Assembly (NCBI GenBank): GCA_043228905.1
Contig: JBHGNT010000002.1
Location: 8,184,001-8,248,000, forward strand
Direction: 5' to 3'
Source: Azolla caroliniana
Taxonomy: Eukaryota > Plantae > Polypodiophyta
Length of the DNA: 64,000 nucleotides
Made by a program: the position numbers and the translations under genes. The notes under the pieces were generated by a model, which was not told where the DNA came from, did no database searches, and saw only the letters and a program-made list of their open reading frames with translations. This document shows positions 61,001 through 64,000 of this stretch, piece after piece. Each line of letters opens with the position of its first letter. Positions within the stretch are counted from its first letter, which is position 1.

Positions 61001-64000
61001 AGTTTACAAAGTTATTCATAAATGAGTATTCACAGATAAGAGTAGAAGGCATCAAGCACCACATCAAGTTGGAGAATTTGAAGTTTGTCTCACTTATTGT
61101 GGTTGTTCCAAAGGAGAAAGACGTCAACTTCCAATCCTTGAATGATTCAACCAAACGAGATTTATTTTTGCTTCCTTTTCGAGATGAGATTCTAGATGAA
61201 ATGGTCATACATAAAAAACAAGGTAATGTGGAGAATGTGGTGTGCCAAGAAGAAAGTCATGTTGATGAAGCAAAGATTGACATAATTCAAAATATGACAA
61301 TTCTGACAAGTCTCGAAGCTTTGAAGGTATTTGTACAAAAGGTTCGCTCGCTCGAAAGATTTATTCATATGTTAACATGCTTACTTCTATCAAGAGTTAT
61401 GTATCACATAGACCTACTTCTGTTTGGAAAGTTGATGAAGATATACTAATTGTTGTAACCTCTTTCTTTGTGTTGACAAGGAGAAAGATGGTGATGGCAA
61501 TTGTCAATGTGTATGTGTGTGTGTTTAGAAGTGTGAGGTTTTTCCTATCGACTAGCGGGGGTTTTACTCACATAGTTTGTTTCTTTTCTATTTATTTTCT
61601 CCTTCTTTGTCTATAGCCATGAATAAGGCGAAGGAGAACCTTTAGTTTTATTAGTAGCTTAGGGTTCACCATAAATGGTTCACAAAAAAGCAAGGGGGAG
61701 GGCTAAATGTGAAAGTGTTTTTAGAATTCAAGGTATTGAAGTCTACAAGAATATAAGGTATGGTGCGTTCACATCCGGAGGGCAAGATCACGAGCTAAGG
61801 TCTTGAGGATAAGTCAAACAAAAAGCAAGTCACGTGGAGAAAAGTAAAAGAAGAAAAAAGCGGGCACCAAAATGCAGTCTACAACGAACGCTCATAACTC
61901 ATTCGTTTGGAAGCCAAATATAATGTGTAAATATGGGTTGGAAAGTTTGTGAAGAGAGCTATCCGTAGCTTTTTAAAACTCTAAATTTGGAGCATGGATG
62001 AGGGAGATATGACGATTAGAAGATCATTGTGTCATAGCTAAGAATAGGAGATGGAAAAGCTCTAAAAAAAGCGTGGAAAAGAAAGCAAGCGAAACTTATC
62101 TACTAGAGGAGAACTTCATATAAAGCAAGAAGAGTGAGGTGGTGAGGAGGGGCCTTTTTTGTGGGGTTTTTCTTGCCTATTCATGTAGTGCGTTTTTTTC
62201 TAGTGATCAATTCATCCTTGTAGGCTTGAGTTTATGTATCTTCTTTCTCTTGTTTCTAGGATCATCACTCCTTATTAATATATCTTTGTAGATTTGGGTT
62301 TCTATATCTTCCTTCTCTCTCTTTTCTATCATCATCTCTCTTTTCATTTTTGGCGCTCCAGGGAGGGCCGATCCTTTCTGTATAACGGGAGGAACGGTTG
62401 TCCACTAATTGATGGTTGGATCTACCGATTCATCATCAAACTAATGGCACGATATGGAGTTCGCGATGCGACAGATCTACGAAGAGAACTTTTCCAATTG
62501 CGTATGGTTTCACCAATGTGCTACCTCGAGTATGAGAAGACGTTTTTGGATATATGGTCCACTTGGATTGGACTTGTTGGAGGCGTTGAAGATGTATACT
62601 TCAAGATGGAAAGATTCAAAGCAGGGCTAGATCCATATTTTCAATATGAAGTGCATATGAAGTACCCAAGGTCTTTCCATGATTTGCTTCGAGTATGTCA
62701 AAGTTATGATCAACAATTGAAGAAGTTGTTATTCGGTGAAGCATATGGATTATCGGCGTCATATACCATAAATCCAAGCTATAATAATTGTGGATCGGTC
62801 ATGAGCCAACAACCAGCCTACTTGCAATGTCCGATTCAACAGGTTCCCTCATATCATTATTCTAATTTTTGGAGTTATAATGATGTCTATGAAGGTGATT
62901 CCAGAGACAATGAAGAAGAGGTGATGAATGTGGAGTCCCCCCATCTAGTTCATGAGGACAACCATGATATAAAGAATGATGATGTGAAAGACGAATCTAA
63001 GGAGATAGTTATGAGAAGCGATGTTATGGATGGTGATGCCAATGTACATCATGTTGAGGACATTATTGATACAACAAGTGATATGGTGGTTGATGATGAA
63101 TATGTGCAAGATGAAATGGAAGATATGACAAAAGAAGTTGTTGATGGTGAAGTACCCACAACGAAGTTGCAAGATGAAGAAGGTAACCTAGAAGTGATAG
63201 CTGGAGATTGGCTTTTGGAGATCAATGCGTGTAAGGAAGCATTGGTAAGTGCCAAGTTGCAGTGTATGAAGGTGTTCATGCATGATTTATGTTTTGGATT
63301 TGCATTGAGTAGCAACAAAGTTATGTGGGCATCAACTCTTCAACAACAATTTGACCAAGAGCCAAGAGATTTACTTGTAATGCATGATTGGAGTATCATT
63401 AACTTATCACCATCAAAGGATCCACCACAACTAATCAAATGTATAAAGGAGAAGGAATCATCTATCGACATTGGCAAGCAAGAAGAGGAAAGCATAACAA
63501 TTGATGAATATTCGTGGGATAGGGAAAACAAATCATTCCACATGGTGTCTAAGGAGGAAGAAGTCATTGAAGAGAAAAGTATTATCACCCTAAAGGGGAA
63601 AAAGAAGATGATTTCAAACGATGTCCAAGGAGAAGAGGATCTAAGGTTTATTTCTCTCTTTTTTAAGTTTACAAAGTTATTCATAAATGAGTATTCACAG
63701 ATAAGAGTAGAAGGCATCAAGCACCACATCAAGTTGGAGAATTTGAAGTTTGTCTCACTTATTGTGGTTGTTCCAAAGGAGAAAGACGTCAACTTCCAAT
63801 CCTTGAATGATTCAACCAAACGAGATTTATTTTTGCTTCCTTTTCGAGATGAGATTCTAGATGAAATGGTCATACATAAAAAACAAGGTAATGTGGAGAA
63901 TGTGGTGTGCCAAGAAGAAAGTCATGTTGATGAAGCAAAGATTGACATAATTCAAAATATGACAATTCTGACAAGTCTCGAAGCTTTGAAGGTATTTGTA
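58088..64000 (+). repeat. 2665-bp tandem array of a gag-only LTR element (at least 2.2 units, runs off the window)
   Basis: GGATCCACCACAAC at 58088, 60753 and 63418; PPT AAAAAAGCAAGGGGGAGGG then TG at 59043 and 61708; putative LTR 59043-59770. Confidence 0.93.
59779..61449 (+). CDS. Gag-like protein, 556 aa, with acidic C-terminal extension (next copy starts at 62444)
   Basis: LFQLRM..Y.EYEKTF...MERFKAGLDPYFQYEV..KYPRSFHDLLRVC resembles the C-terminal half of a retrotransposon capsid. No protease, RT or integrase in the unit. Confidence 0.7.
   Translation: MARYGVRDATDLRRELFQLRMVSPMCYLEYEKTFLDIWSTWIGLVGGVEDVYFKMERFKAGLDPYFQYEVHMKYPRSFHDLLRVCQSYDQQLKKLLFGEAYGLSASYTINPSYNNCGSVMSQQPAYLQCPIQQVPSYHYSNFWSYNDVYEGDSRDNEEEVMNVESPHLVHEDNHDIKNDDVKDESKEIVMRSDVMDGDANVHHVEDIIDTTSDMVVDDEYVQDEMEDMTKEVVDGEVPTTKLQDEEGNLEVIAGDWLLEINACKEALVSAKLQCMKVFMHDLCFGFALSSNKVMWASTLQQQFDQEPRDLLVMHDWSIINLSPSKDPPQLIKCIKEKESSIDIGKQEEESITIDEYSWDRENKSFHMVSKEEEVIEEKSIITLKGKKKMISNDVQGEEDLRFISLFFKFTKLFINEYSQIRVEGIKHHIKLENLKFVSLIVVVPKEKDVNFQSLNDSTKRDLFLLPFRDEILDEMVIHKKQGNVENVVCQEESHVDEAKIDIIQNMTILTSLEALKVFVQKVRSLERFIHMLTCLLLSRVMYHIDLLLFGKLMKIY

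Overview
Repeat-dense nuclear DNA from a land plant, probably a fern or other seed-free vascular plant (inferred from the element types only). One intact host gene is present: a 5-exon DUF212 acid phosphatase/vanadium-haloperoxidase-related gene on the minus strand, 19480-22998. The rest is mostly nested retroelements. (1) A full-length L1-type LINE (1779-9726, 16-bp TSD, polyA) carries a solo LTR and scrambled, intronless Rab-GDI fragments. (2) A fold-back palindrome of a Copia gag-protease fragment. (3) A young non-chromoviral Gypsy element (29939-38812, minus) with a long extra ORF after pol; it lies inside a 12.8-kb tandem duplication whose left break is patched with a mitochondrial nad5-like fragment. 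(4) A fold-back element built from two inverted LTR R-U5 halves. (5) A dismembered chromovirus. (6) A very young intact Copia (50999-56567). (7) A 2665-bp tandem array of a gag-only LTR element. The most striking observation concerns the Gypsy element. It has an ordinary tRNA-Arg PBS after its 5' LTR, but where the polypurine tract should be it has a tRNA-Arg 3'-end mimic ending in CCA, 2 nt before the 3' LTR. A divergent relative (13770-13808) has the same module, which suggests both cDNA strands may be tRNA-primed. All calls are by eye; no database searches were run.
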